From: Octopus bimaculoides
Lineage: Eukaryota
Length of the DNA stretch: 64,000 nucleotides
Assembly: GCF_001194135.2 (NCBI RefSeq)
Contig: NC_069004.1
Span: 20,191,029-20,255,028 of the forward strand
Reading direction: 5' to 3'
Part shown: positions 35,183 through 46,900 of the stretch, in pieces
How the letters are laid out: each line of letters opens with the position of its first letter
Numbering within the stretch: the first letter of the stretch is position 1
Position numbers and translations under genes: made by a program
Notes under the pieces: generated by a model
Database searches by the model: none
Told to the model about the DNA's origin: nothing
What the model saw: the letters and a program-made list of their open reading frames with translations, nothing else

Positions 35183-36300
35183 TCATCATCATCAAACACT
35201 GCTTTCATGTTGGCATGGGTTGGACAGCTTGACTAGAGCTGGTTTGCTGAAGAGCTTCCCAGGCTCCATGTTTGTTTTGGCATGGTTTCTATAGCTGGAT
35301 GTGCTTCCAAATGCCAACTACTTTACAGAGTGTACTGGGTGCACCAACACCTACAAGCCTGCAAGATGAGGAATGTTCAGCTGGAGAGGGATCCAGGGGT
35401 CAAGCTTGTATGCAAGGACAGCCATGCTTTTACTTAACTTGACATGTCTTACAGCAAATCACCAGGTGTCTTGGTCCCCTATCATCCTCTCTGTGAGTCC
35501 CAAGTCTTCCTGGGTCTACCCCTTCAACATGTTCCCTTTAAAATTTGAGATTGGCACCTCTTGATGCAGCTGTCTTCATTCATACACATTACATGGCCAT
35601 ACCAATTCAGTCTTCTCTCTTCAGCAATAAGAACAAGGTCATTGGTGTAGAGGAGCTCCCAAAGCCAGCCAGTCTTAAATTTTTCAGTTATAGCTTAGAG
35701 GGCCATGATAAATAAAAGGGGAGCTAAGAACCGAATCCTGGTGGACTCCTACTTGTACACTAAACCCTTCGCTATACTCCTTGGTGACTCTCACCTTACT
35801 AACAACATCCCTGTACAGTTCTCAGCTTTCACATTGCCTACCAACCGCTTTCTCCATGTCAACAAAAGCCAGATACAGGGGTTTATTTTGGGCTAAGTAT
35901 TTCTCCTGCAGTTGCCTCATCAGTGGTACTTCTCCCCAGTACAAATCCAAACTGCACTTCATCTATGCTAACTCTTCATAATTAATTGAGCTACGACCCT
36001 CTCTGCAACTTTCATCACCTGATCCAGCAATTTGATGCTTCTGTAATTATTTCTGTCTAGGGCACCACCCTTGCCTTTGTAGCAGTTGCTGCTACATCAA
36101 ACATTGGATATGACTCTTGTGGACAACTTGATTGACTACACAGGTGACCAGGTCATATCCCCCACTCCACTAGATATTTTAAGCATCTCAGTGGTGATCC
36201 CTGATGGTCTGGAAGCTTTCCTCGTCTTCATATCTTTAATTGCTTTATTTACTAAGCTACTGTTGATTCAGATAGCTGGCCCCTCTGTTGGGTCCACAGA
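35183..36300 (-). mobile_element. RTE LINE, multiply deleted RT fragments plus (GAT)n tail
   Basis: CATCATCATC tail at 35183. Reverse-complement homology to 29760-31600 (GPTEGPAI, KTRKASRPSGITTEMLK, QLQEKYLAQNKPL). Confidence 0.8.
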
Positions 36301-36629
36301 CGTAGTATCTAAAATAGCAAACCATCAATCTGATAATTTCTTAGTTTCAAATATATGATTAAATATAGCTTAATTGGATATCTACAAAGTATTCAGAAGT
36401 AAGGTTGCCAGATCAATGTCATAAAATTACAAAATTTTCAAAGGGTAGCAGATTGTTTTAATAGTCCAAAATGAAAATTTTGCAAGTAACTTAAAACCCC
36501 TGTGGAGTAAATATTTTAACAGTGGTGCATGGCTGCAGTCAAATGACTGAAACAAAAAGAATACATATAAAAATTATTTGTAAGTTGGGACTAATTTATG
36601 TAGTTGTAAATGGGATTTCTTGACATTTA

Positions 36630-36990
36630 AAAAATTAAAAATCTGAAGGGAATTTGGGGGAAGGGGCAGACCCAGGAAGACACAGGACAAAACACTGAAG
36701 TCAAAACGCTGAGCCTTACAAAGGAGCTGACAGAGGACTGAGATATGTACATCATAACAGAATTGATATCCTAAAACCAAGGTGCCATGTAAAAGAGTAT
36801 TGGTGTGGGTGCTGGTGCCAGGTAAAATACACCCAGTACACTCTGTAATATGGTTGGCATTAGGAAGGGCATTCAGCTGTAGAAACCAAGCTGAAACAGA
36901 CTATGGAACCTGGTGTGGCATCTGGTCTAGCCAGCTTCTGTCAAGCTGTTCAACCCATGTCAGCATGGAAAATGGATGTTAAATGATGTT
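36630..36990 (+). mobile_element. RTE LINE 3' end fragment
   Basis: GAAGGGGCAGACCCAGGAAGACA...CACCCAGTACACTCTG...CATGGAAAATGGATGTTAAATGATG. Confidence 0.75.
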
Positions 36991-37240
36991 GATAGTAGAA
37001 TATACAAAGAAAAGAGAAAAGTGACATGCAGTCCTGAAAAATAGTGTCATCTGTATTTCATTCTAGCAGCCCTAATCATAAGTACTGGGAATAAATGAGG
37101 TACATAGCTTGCACTATTTGCTCAGCTAACTGAATAATGTTGTATAAAGGGTTTTCTCAAGCCAGCCTTGATCAGGCAAGCCTATGAGTAAAGGTATTTC
37201 AACTGTACCTCTCCCCTCTCTCTTTAGGGATACACAAGAT

Positions 37241-37883
37241 TACCATAAAAACCAATGTAATTTACGCATATTTTTGCAAAAATAAAAAGACTTTAAGGGT
37301 GCGTAAATTACATGAGATCATTTCCAGAATTTTTTTTAGAAATTTTTTTGTTGTTGAAAAAAAGATGCACAAAACGTAAACATTCGTACCTGAAGTTGAC
37401 TCATTTAATGTCAGAATAGGTTTTTACAGGAAAAATAAGGGCTTAAATATAAATAACTTGACTTTTATTTGTGCTGGACGGTATAATGCTTACTTTTTCT
37501 GTATAAATTTAATTCTTAACTTTCCCTGAGATCGTGATTTGAGAAGACAAAGATCGGACATAATTTCTTGTGGATAAGAAATGTAAAATAGAGTTTATTA
37601 TAAACAGCACAAACACTTTGTAATTTAATAGCTTTTAATGTGATGCTTGTTAAACAGAAATTATTTTTATTTAATGAAAATTTAATAATATCTAATCATA
37701 AGTAAGTGAAATTATGCTAAATACAACTAAATTGAAAACCGTTTCCCCCTGGCCATATTGGCAATTCTGAAAACTTTTGAGTATGAATTTTACATGAACA
37801 GAAGCTTTTTTAATACAAATTTTATCCTGAAAATCATCTGCATAAATTACACAAGTGCACAAATTACATGGGTTTTTACAGTA
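37241..37883. mobile_element. MITE-like non-autonomous DNA transposon (643 bp) with 28-bp imperfect TIRs
   Basis: Left TACCATAAAAACCAATGTAATTTACGCA (37241-37268) versus reverse complement of 37856-37883, TACTGTAAAAACCCATGTAATTTGTGCA: 23/28 identical. AT-rich non-coding interior. Confidence 0.7.
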
Positions 37884-38929
37884 CATTATCCACTGTCTTT
37901 TGTCCAAAGATGGAAGACGGTATGATGCAATTTGAGAGAAATTTGTGTTATTTCAAGCAGGCTGAGCAACCATGCAAGCTCCTCCATTTATCCATGGCAG
38001 AATGTATAGAACCACAGTAGAATAGAATTAGGTTGAACAGAAGCAATATGAAATGGATAAGAAACAAACAAAATAAATTGCTTTTGGTATATATCTAGAC
38101 TGTCATTACCTTATTAATACAAAAGCACTATAAAAATTAGGTCAGGATGGCTAATAAACATAAACAGGTGGGTATCCAAAAGCCTACCTATTGGCAACTG
38201 CAAGGAAGTTGGGAACATAATGCATTGTTTATGCTGAAGACCTTGTTCTCAGTACACATTTCATTGAGCAGTAGTGAATTGAAATTTAAATGTAAACTGG
38301 ATAGAGTCAGTGAACAAAATCAGGATTTAAGTACAAATTAATATTGAGAACCATAAAACTGCAGAGATGGGTATCAGGGAGATGATATAGTTCAATAAAT
38401 AAGGACAGAGTAGACAAGAAGTACTAGAGCAAACTCTCAAGGTACAAGAAGGAGAGCATGAGAGGATATGGACACTTCTCTTTTCCATTGTCTTTGTTGT
38501 GTAGCAGGCTGTGTGTGTGTGCGTGCACGCACACACAACAGGTACTCTATCCCAAATATCGCAGAATGCACTTATGCATTGAATAAAGTCAAGAGCTAAA
38601 TAATTTCCAGACCTGAAGTGAAAACTCAAACATTTTTGATTGAATGCATTGATCTTCAGAATTCCAGTTACCTTTACACAAACACTGCAACTAAACAGAA
38701 TAATCTATGGAAAGGCAATTATTTGCATTGTAACTAAATGCTTCTATTTCACAGTAAAACTATGAAACCTTGTTCTGCAACAAAACAGCATGTTAAACAT
38801 CTTAATTTTCGTTTCGTTATGGCCTTTACTACTATTACTGGATATCAATTTCAAATTTATCATTATAAAAAAAAATTAAGATCAACTAATGGTTCATACC
38901 ATACTACCTAATTTATCATTATTTAAAAA

Positions 38930-39230
38930 AATATTTTTACAAGCCTGCTCCAACTTAATTCTCTTTGTTCATATAAAAACTTTGTTATCTATCAGTACCC
39001 ATAAACATTTTAAGAATCACAAGAAAAATATTTCTGCTCTGTTTTTGTCCCCTCATCCTTGAAAATATCATGCTTCCTTTAGTACATTAGTCAAGAACTG
39101 TGGCTAATCTCTAAAATACATCTTAGCAATCTATCTTGGAATTCCACCAACATGTTCTTGGTGTGTAGAAGCTTTGCTTCAATAACAAATTTGTACTGCT
39201 CAGCTGGCTTCAAGTGTTAAATGTCATCTG
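38930..39230 (-). mobile_element. Possible ancient LINE C-terminal remnant
   Basis: Weak resemblance of minus-strand MLVEFQDRLLRCILEISH...RELSWSRLV to the RTE post-RT region. Confidence 0.3.
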
Positions 39231-39677
39231 CGATATTGAAATGCATTAAGGAACTGAAATGGCCTTGACTAAAAATTCCTCCTAACTGCTCGCTTCCTCT
39301 TACAGTTGTCATAGTTAGGTCATAAACCATTAATCTAAATACTATTCAAATAATCTGAGAAATATTCTTGCACTTTTCTTACAAACCAGTATAAAAAAAA
39401 TTAAAAAAAACACCCTAAATGTTTCTCAGTGTTAGAATATAACATTTGCAATATAAGTGACAAAGATACGCTAAAAATAATTTCCAAATTTAATGCTCAT
39501 TCAAAAGCAAATAACTACATTAAAAGGACAACTTAGAATACTTGTATTGATATGCTCTAAAGATTTTAATTTACAAATAATTGTAATTGAAGGTCATTAT
39601 GTTTATATAGAGTAATATAAATGTAGAGTAAAAATGCTTAAAAAATTTGTATTGGATATTTTTGGAAAACATTTGCC

Positions 39678-39836
39678 AGGCATAGCTGTGTGTGTTAAGA
39701 AGCTTGCTTCCCAACCACATGGTTCTATGTTCAGTAACACTGCATGGCACCTTTGGCAAATGTCTTCTACTATAGCCTTGCGCCGACCAAAGCAGATATG
39801 GTAGACGGAGACTGAAAGAATCCCATTGTATGTGTT
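39678..39836 (+). mobile_element. SINE (dominant family), 5' half
   Basis: AGGCATAGCTGTGTG...CCAACCACATGGTTCTATGTTCAGT...GCACCTTTGGCAAATGTCTTCTACTATAGCC. Confidence 0.8.
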
Positions 39837-39865
39837 TCTTTCCCTCTCCCCTACCTCCTTTTCCC

Positions 39866-41045
39866 AGGTGCTAGGTGTTGGGCCATCGGCAACTGAACCA
39901 GCAATCCCACAGAGCTTGCTTTGTGAGGAGGGTACTTTTCTTGCTATTTGGTCACCCTGCAGGATTAAATATAAGGCCTGTCAAAGGGTGGATGAACTCT
40001 GAAGAGTCAACAGCCACCCAAATAAGCAACTCTCATTACTAGTTATGCTGCTTATTAAGCCCTTACCCATTTAAGACAGCAGTGATAACAACTCTACTGC
40101 ATTTTGGCAATACTCACTTAAGGGAAAGGCTTCAGAAGTAAATCTCAAGGATAAAACAGGAGCTGGAGTCCCTAAGGCAGTTTGATGTTGTAAACTATCT
40201 CATTCTGGCAACTCCCACAGGCCCATTGGTGCCAAGTCATATTGGGACCTTCCCTTCCCTTGGATAACAATGGTGGCAGTGCTGTCCCATCACAGCCTAC
40301 CTGCTCCACTGGGTGTGTAGGGCTTAAGGAAACTAACATCTTGAATTGTGAGCTGTAAACATTGCACCAAGAAAAATGAACAGACAAGCAAACAACACAA
40401 AAAAAAAAAACAGTATTCAGACTGTTGGGACATAAGGACCATGACAACTGGTCTGTCAGAGGACCTTCAAAAAGATCAGTAACACACATAAGACAACAGT
40501 GATCAACAGCAAACTTCTACAATTCCAAGTGGACATTGTAGCACTCCAGGAAATGAGGCTCCCAAATTCAGGGACCCTTCATGAAAGTGAGTATACCTTT
40601 ATCTGGCAAAGGAAAGGCATAGATGAAGTCAGAGAGCATGGTATTGGCTTTGCCATGAAGAACTCTCTACTGAAGTTGGTAGAATTCAACAATGATGGCT
40701 CAGAGCAGATACTCTCATTTTGATTGCTTATGTCTGGTGGGCTTGTCACCCTTATCAGTGCTTATGCTCCAACCCTCTATTCCTCACAAGACGCCAAGAA
40801 TAAGTTTTACAATCAGCTCTCTAGAAAAACACAGGTGATCCCAAATGGAGAACAGCTGGTGCTACTTAGCAATTTCAACGCCAGAGTGGGAGCTGATCAC
40901 AACTCCTGGCCAGGGTGTCTGGGTCAGTAGGGGGTTAGCAACATGAATGAAAATGGGCAATGGCTGCTTGAGCTCTGCATGCTCCATGGACTATGTGCCA
41001 CCAACACCTACTTCCAGGCCAAAGCTCAACACAGGGTCTCCTGAC
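39866..41045 (+). mobile_element. Second RTE-clade LINE family: 5'UTR plus APE endonuclease, RT missing
   Basis: WDIRTMTTGLSEDL...VDIVALQEMRL...HGIGFAMKN...LISAYAPT...LLSNFNARVGADHNSWP...MNENGQWLLELC...TNTYF. Clearly divergent from the APE at 28440-29060. Confidence 0.85.
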
Positions 41046-41262
41046 ATCAACCCTTGCTCAGGGCACTGACACCACCAAGATTTGAAAACCAGTAGGGCCA
41101 GCAGAGACGTGATTTCTTTGGGAGCAGATCGATAACCTCTCGAGATTGATGGATGCCTACTACTATGTGTATGTATGTATGTATAAAAAACACATTTGGT
41201 CAAATTTGGACATACAACAGTTTAACATAATAGCAACAATATATATATATACATATATATAT

Positions 41263-41460
41263 AGGCGCAGGAGTGGCTGTGTGGTAAGTAGCTTGCTTAC
41301 CAACCACATGGTTCCGGGTTCAGTCCTACTGCGTGGCACCTTGGGCAAGTGTCTTCTACTATAGCCTCGGGCCGACCAAAGCCTTGTGAGTGGATTTGGT
41401 AGACGGAAACTGAAAAGAAGCCCGTCGTATATATGTATGTATATATATATATATATATAT
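41263..41460 (+). mobile_element. SINE (dominant family), young copy cut by an N gap in its internal microsatellite
   Basis: AGGCGCAGGAGTGGCTGTGTGGTAAG...GGTTCCGGGTTCAGTCC...GGCACCTTGGGCAAGTG. CpGs retained. Confidence 0.9.
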
Positions 41461-41869
41461 NNNNNNNNNNNNNNNNNNNNNNNNNNNNNNNNNNNNNNNN
41501 NNNNNNNNNNNNNNNNNNNNNNNNNNNNNNNNNNNNNNNNNNNNNNNNNNNNNNNNNNNNNNNNNNNNNNNNNNNNNNNNNNNNNNNNNNNNNNNNNNNN
41601 NNNNNNNNNNNNNNNNNNNNNNNNNNNNNNNNNNNNNNNNNNNNNNNNNNNNNNNNNNNNNNNNNNNNNNNNNNNNNNNNNNNNNNNNNNNNNNNNNNNN
41701 NNNNNNNNNNNNNNNNNNNNNNNNNNNNNNNNNNNNNNNNNNNNNNNNNNNNNNNNNNNNNNNNNNNNNNNNNNNNNNNNNNNNNNNNNNNNNNNNNNNN
41801 NNNNNNNNNNNNNNNNNNNNNNNNNNNNNNNNNNNNNNNNNNNNNNNNNNNNNNNNNNNNNNNNNNNNT

Positions 41870-42392
41870 ATTTACCAAAATTACATAAAAATATCTTGAA
41901 ATTACTAATGAGTAAATTTATTCAACAAAATCGCCATTGGCTTCAACCAAGCCCTCCAGACGACTGGAATCTCCTGCAATTCTTCTTGTTTAAGTTGTTG
42001 AATGCTGCCATAATACTTGCCTTCAGTTCATTGTTGGTGTTACAAGGAGTTTTCTTGGTCTCTCACTCAAGCCACACATAATAATTGTTGTCTGGGGAGT
42101 TAGGCAGCCATATGTTAGGGGTGATGTGGTTGCAGAAATTGTCTGACAGCCATGGCTAGGTTCTCCTGCTTGTGTGGCATGGAACAGAGTCCTATTGCCA
42201 GGCATAGGATCTTCCAACAGCCACCCTCTTTCTTGACCCAGAGCAGTACCACCTCCTCCAGGCACTTGATGTAGGCCTCCATGTTGAGTCTGAGGCCATG
42301 TGGGAAGATGAATGGAGGCATAACATTGCCATCACTAGTTATCACTCCAAACACCATGATGTTGACTGGATGTTTGATTTTTATCACTCTCA
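41870..42392 (-). mobile_element. Tc1/mariner-superfamily (maT/DD37D-like) transposase 3' part
   Basis: KHPVNIMVFGVITSDGNVMPPFIFPHGLRLNMEAYIKCLEEVV...RRFQSRLEGLVEANGDFVE*. Confidence 0.8.
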
Positions 42393-42419
42393 GTACATGT
42401 CCTTAGATTGCACTGTCCT

Positions 42420-44263
42420 TAGATTAACAGTATGCTCCGATGGATGTGTAATGTCAGTGTGCATACTAGACAGAGTATCAGTACCTTGAGAGAAAAGTTG
42501 AATTTACGAAGCATCAGTTGTGGTGTGCAAGAGAGACGATTGCGCTGGTGTGGTCATGTAGTGAGAATGGATGAGGATAGCTGTGTGAAAAAGTGCCACA
42601 CTTTAGCAGTTGAGGGAACCTGCGGAAGAGGTAGGCCCAGAAAGACCTGGGATGAGGTGGTGAGGCACGACCTTCGAACATTGGGCCTCACCGAGGCGAT
42701 GACTTCTGACAGAGACCTTTGGAAATATGCTGTGTGTGAGAAGACCCGGCAAGCCAAGTGAGACCTAAAATCTATGGCCTCAGCCAGTCCACTTATACGT
42801 ACCTTCCTTCATTGGACACCAAACTCCACTTGCGAAGACCTGTTGAGGCAAGTGAAATCAAAATCGAGTTAAATTGGATACTAAGCTCCACTTGCGAAGA
42901 CCTGTTGAGGCAAGTGNNNNNNNNNNNNNNNNNNNNNNNNNNNNNNNNNNNNNNNNNNNNNNNNNNNNNNNNNNNNNNNNNNNNNNNNNNNNNNNNNNNN
43001 NNNNNNNNNNNNNNNNNNNNNNNNNNNNNNNNNNNNNNNNNNNNNNNNNNNNNNNNNNNNNNNNNNNNNNNNNNNNNNNNNNNNNNNNNNNNNNNNNNNN
43101 NNNNNNNNNNNNNNNNNNNNNNNNNNNNNNNNNNNNNNNNNNNNNNNNNNNNNNNNNNNNNNNNNNNNNNNNNNNNNNNNNNNNNNNNNNNNNNNNNNNN
43201 NNNNNNNNNNNNNNNNNNNNNNNNNNNNNNNNNNNNNNNNNNNNNNNNNNNNNNNNNNNNNNNNNNNNNNNNNNNNNNNNNNNNNNNNNNNNNNNNNNNN
43301 NNNNNNNNNNNNNNNNNNNNNNNNNNNNNNNNNNNNNNNNNNNNNNNNNNNNNNNNNNNNNNNNNNNNNNNNNNNNNNNNNNNNNNNNNNNNNNNNNNNN
43401 NNNNNNNNNNNNNNNNNNNNNNNNNNNNNNNNNNNNNNNNNNNNNNNNNNNNNNNNNNNNNNNNNNNNNNNNNNNNNNNNNNNNNNNNNNNNNNNNNNNN
43501 NNNNNNNNNNNNNNNNNNNNNNNNNNNNNNNNNNNNNNNNNNNNNNNNNNNNNNNNNNNNNNNNNNNNNNNNNNNNNNNNNNNNNNNNNNNNNNNNNNNN
43601 NNNNNNNNNNNNNNNNNNNNNNNNNNNNNNNNNNNNNNNNNNNNNNNNNNNNNNNNNNNNNNNNNNNNNNNNNNNNNNNNNNNNNNNNNNNNNNNNNNNN
43701 NNNNNNNNNNNNNNNNNNNNNNNNNNNNNNNNNNNNNNNNNNNNNNNNNNNNNNNNNNNNNNNNNNNNNNNNNNNNNNNNNNNNNNNNNNNNNNNNNNNN
43801 NNNNNNNNNNNNNNNNNNNNNNNNNNNNNNNNNNNNNNNNNNNNNNNNNNNNNNNNNNNNNNNNNNNNNNNNNNNNNNNNNNNNNNNNNNNNNNNNNNNN
43901 NNNNNNNNAGGATTTTCAAGCGAGATCATTGCCAGTGCTACTGGACTGGCTCATGTGCGGGTGACATGAAATTTTTCGAGCAAGATCGTTACCAGTGCCC
44001 CTGGACTGGCTCTTGTTTGGGTGGCACATAAAATGCATCATTTTGAGTGTGGCTGTTGCCAGTACCGCCTGACTGGCCTTCGTGCGGGTGACACGTAAAA
44101 GCACCCACTACACTCTGTGTGGTTGGCGTTGGGAAGGGCATCCAGCTGTAGAAACTCTGCCAAATCAGATTGGAGCCTGGTGTAACCATCTGGTTTCACC
44201 AGTCCTCAGTCAAATCATCCAACCCATGCTAGCATGGAAAGCGGACGTTAAACGATGATGATG
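42420..44263 (+). mobile_element. RTE LINE 3' portion (post-RT ORF end plus 3'UTR), spanning a ~1 kb N gap
   Basis: MLRWMCNVSVHTRQS...RLRWCGHVVRMDEDSCVKKC...GRGRPRKTWDEVV. Complete tail GCATGGAAAGCGGACGTTAAACGATGATGATG. Confidence 0.9.
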
Positions 44264-44767
44264 AATGAAGGAAAATTGATTTAGCAGAAATCTTTATTCA
44301 GCACAGTGATCAATTAGACCCATCTAGCATGTCTAGTTGTGTTGCAGCCATTGATAGATGCAACACAACTTGATGTACAATATCTCACCCATAAGCAAGA
44401 GATGCAGGATAGGTCAAAATGATTGTTGTGCTGAATAAAGATTCATGCTAAATCCATTTTCCATTTCCCTCATTCATTATAAACTCAATGAACACTGGAA
44501 TTCCTGATGTAGATCCAGTGACAGTTATATCGTAACTGTGGATGTCACCAGGTAGCCTAAACGGTGAATATGATCTAATCGGCATACTACTAGACATATA
44601 CCCAAAGTCCAAATAATTACTTTACATATATATACACATACACAATGGTAGTGTCCAAGCATGACTACAGCTTTAAAGTTGAAACTAGTTAAAGAGTTAT
44701 GTGTGCGTATGTGTATATATATATATGTACATATACATACACATATATATATCTTTGTTTCCCTACT

Positions 44768-44960
44768 GGGGTAGTCAAGTATATCCTCAATAGTAAGACA
44801 CCCGCCTCTATCCTTCTATTCTAGTTTAACAATCTGCTGGCACACAACTACCTCCTCCAGTACTACTCCCCATCCCACCCAAAGGTCTTTGTCCTGCAAG
44901 TTACCTGGCAACCTTGTTGGTACCAGCTAAAAAGCACCCAGTACACTCTGTAAGGTGGTT
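44768..44960 (+). mobile_element. Short composite repeat (shared motif + linker + RTE tail)
   Basis: GGGGTAGTCAAGTATATCCTCAATAGTAAGACACC, then TTGTCCTGCAAGTTACCTGGCA, then AAGCACCCAGTACACTCTG. Confidence 0.55.
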
Positions 44961-45684
44961 GGTTTTAGGGAGGACAGCCTAGTGCATCTCTGTGTAGAGC
45001 TGTAGAGGTGAAGAACTCAGGCATAGCTATTAGCAAGTGTTGCAACAGAGTTGTGATTCAGTAATTCACTTATCCTCTGAGAGTCTGAAGTCAGTGACCC
45101 ATTTTCTTCAAACAGTGGGCCTATCTTGTACCATACTAAAGCAGACTCTTTTTTGAGATCACTTTCAATCTCAAGCAGTGTTCACTTGAGATAGGATTCT
45201 TCACTATCCTTTAGTCGCCCTTTTAGATGATTTGAAATCTTTGCTTGTTGTCTCATGAGAATCTGCCTATCGCTGGGAATTCTGTCAGTTTGACATTCTC
45301 TCTGGAAATAGCTTACTGCATATGTTATGCATGATTGTCACAAGATGCAGTAGACTTATGTCAATATCTTACATAGAGAGATTGGCAGACCAGTTTTGTT
45401 CCACGATCTTTCCAATCAGCTTTATGGAAGTCCAGGCTGGAAAAGGAGCTGGGTGCTTCTAATAGCCTCTTTGTGTGTGTGTGTATGCTGGTTTCTTTTT
45501 CCATCCCACATACTTTCTAAGTTAAATGTTATTATTAACCAAATAACAAACCTTCTAATGGGGCCACTGTATTGGCTATCAGGAAGTCATTCTATTCTGT
45601 TTATGTAGTGTTCTATTTCGTCATATACCCAAAGTTCAAATGCTTTATATATTATATACACACACACAATGGTAGTGTCCCACC

Positions 45685-46040
45685 TCTGGGGTCTCTCTAT
45701 TGTATATCTAGGATGAATATATAACTGGCTCTCCATCAGTTATGACAATGAGGGTTCCAGTTAATCTGATCAACAGAACAGCCTGCTTGTCAAATTAATA
45801 TACAAGTAGTCGAGCACTCTACAGATATGTGTACCCTTAATGTAGTTCTCAGGGAGAATTGGCATGCCACAAAATGAGACAAGTTTGGGTCTTTGAATAA
45901 CAGGTACAACTAATTTTTGCCAGCTGAGTGGACTGGAGCAATGTGAAAAAGTGTCTTGCACATGAACTTTATGATTGTGAACTTATAGCTTTATGATTGT
46001 CAGCTGAATACCCCTAACCATTAAGTCACAGGCATTCATA
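45685..46040 (-). mobile_element. tRNA-head SINE of a different family, decayed
   Basis: Minus-strand head TGCCTGTGACTTAATGGTTAGGGGTATTCAGC, core CAAGACACTTTTTCACATTGCTCCAGTCCACTCAGCTGGCAAAAAT. Confidence 0.55.
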
Positions 46041-46329
46041 ATTGTATATATAAGTTAGTTTTAATATATCTTTAACCCTTTCATCACCATATTTCTTTTG
46101 AAACACACTGCCTTTGTTTCAATTAATTTTGTTTGGAACAAAAAATTATAATGGAAAGTTTTATCTCGGGTCACCTGAAAGTAGGAAGTTTGCATCATAA
46201 AACCAGAAGTGGTCTCTGGTAGGTATTAAGTGTTATAGTTGTGTATTTATTTTATAAGTTAATGTTAAAATGTTTTAAATACATAACTGTGTGTATGTAG
46301 TAACTCCCACTTAGATGCATAATGGCTGC

Positions 46330-46900
46330 CTCTTTCCCCTCCCTCCACAGACCACCTAACAATCATATTGTCCTTCCCCACCCTTCAGCAACTCATTTTT
46401 TACTACTACTTATCCCCCTCCCACTCCTCTGCATCACCAGTTTATAGCAGGTTTCATCCACCCTTCAAGCATACCTATTTTGGCAGTCTGTCTCCCCACC
46501 CCTCTTTCATCTCCCTATACAATCTTGCCAACCAGCCACCCACTTCTACTTAGCTTGCGTTTTGTGGGGCCATCTGGATACCTTAATCACCATTATCTAC
46601 AGCTCCTGCTGATCATTTTTTCCTTTCCCCGACGAGATGTGTGTAGCCATGCAGATCAATCTGCAGAAATCTGCTCTACCTCCCTCCACTTGCAGTAGTC
46701 CCCTCATCTCCTAGTACCCATAGTCCTGCAAATTGCATTCCAACCTCAATAGTGGACATAGCCCCAAAAAGGAAACCAGCCTATGTTGTAAAGTGGTTGG
46801 TGTCAGGAAGAGCATCCAGCTGTATAGATCATGCCAAAATAAACAGAGACTGGCAGCTCAGTAAACCACCCAGCCCAGGACAGTATAGAAAGCAGACAAA
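46330..46900 (+). mobile_element. Pyrimidine-rich body plus decayed RTE-type tail
   Basis: C/T-rich tract followed by GTAAAGTGGTTGGTGTCAGGAAGAGCATCCAGCTGTA. Confidence 0.4.

Noticed and set aside
41297-44031. Long ORFs of 150-400 aa in the ORF track (also 59060-60010)
   Set aside because: Composed almost entirely of X from N gaps.
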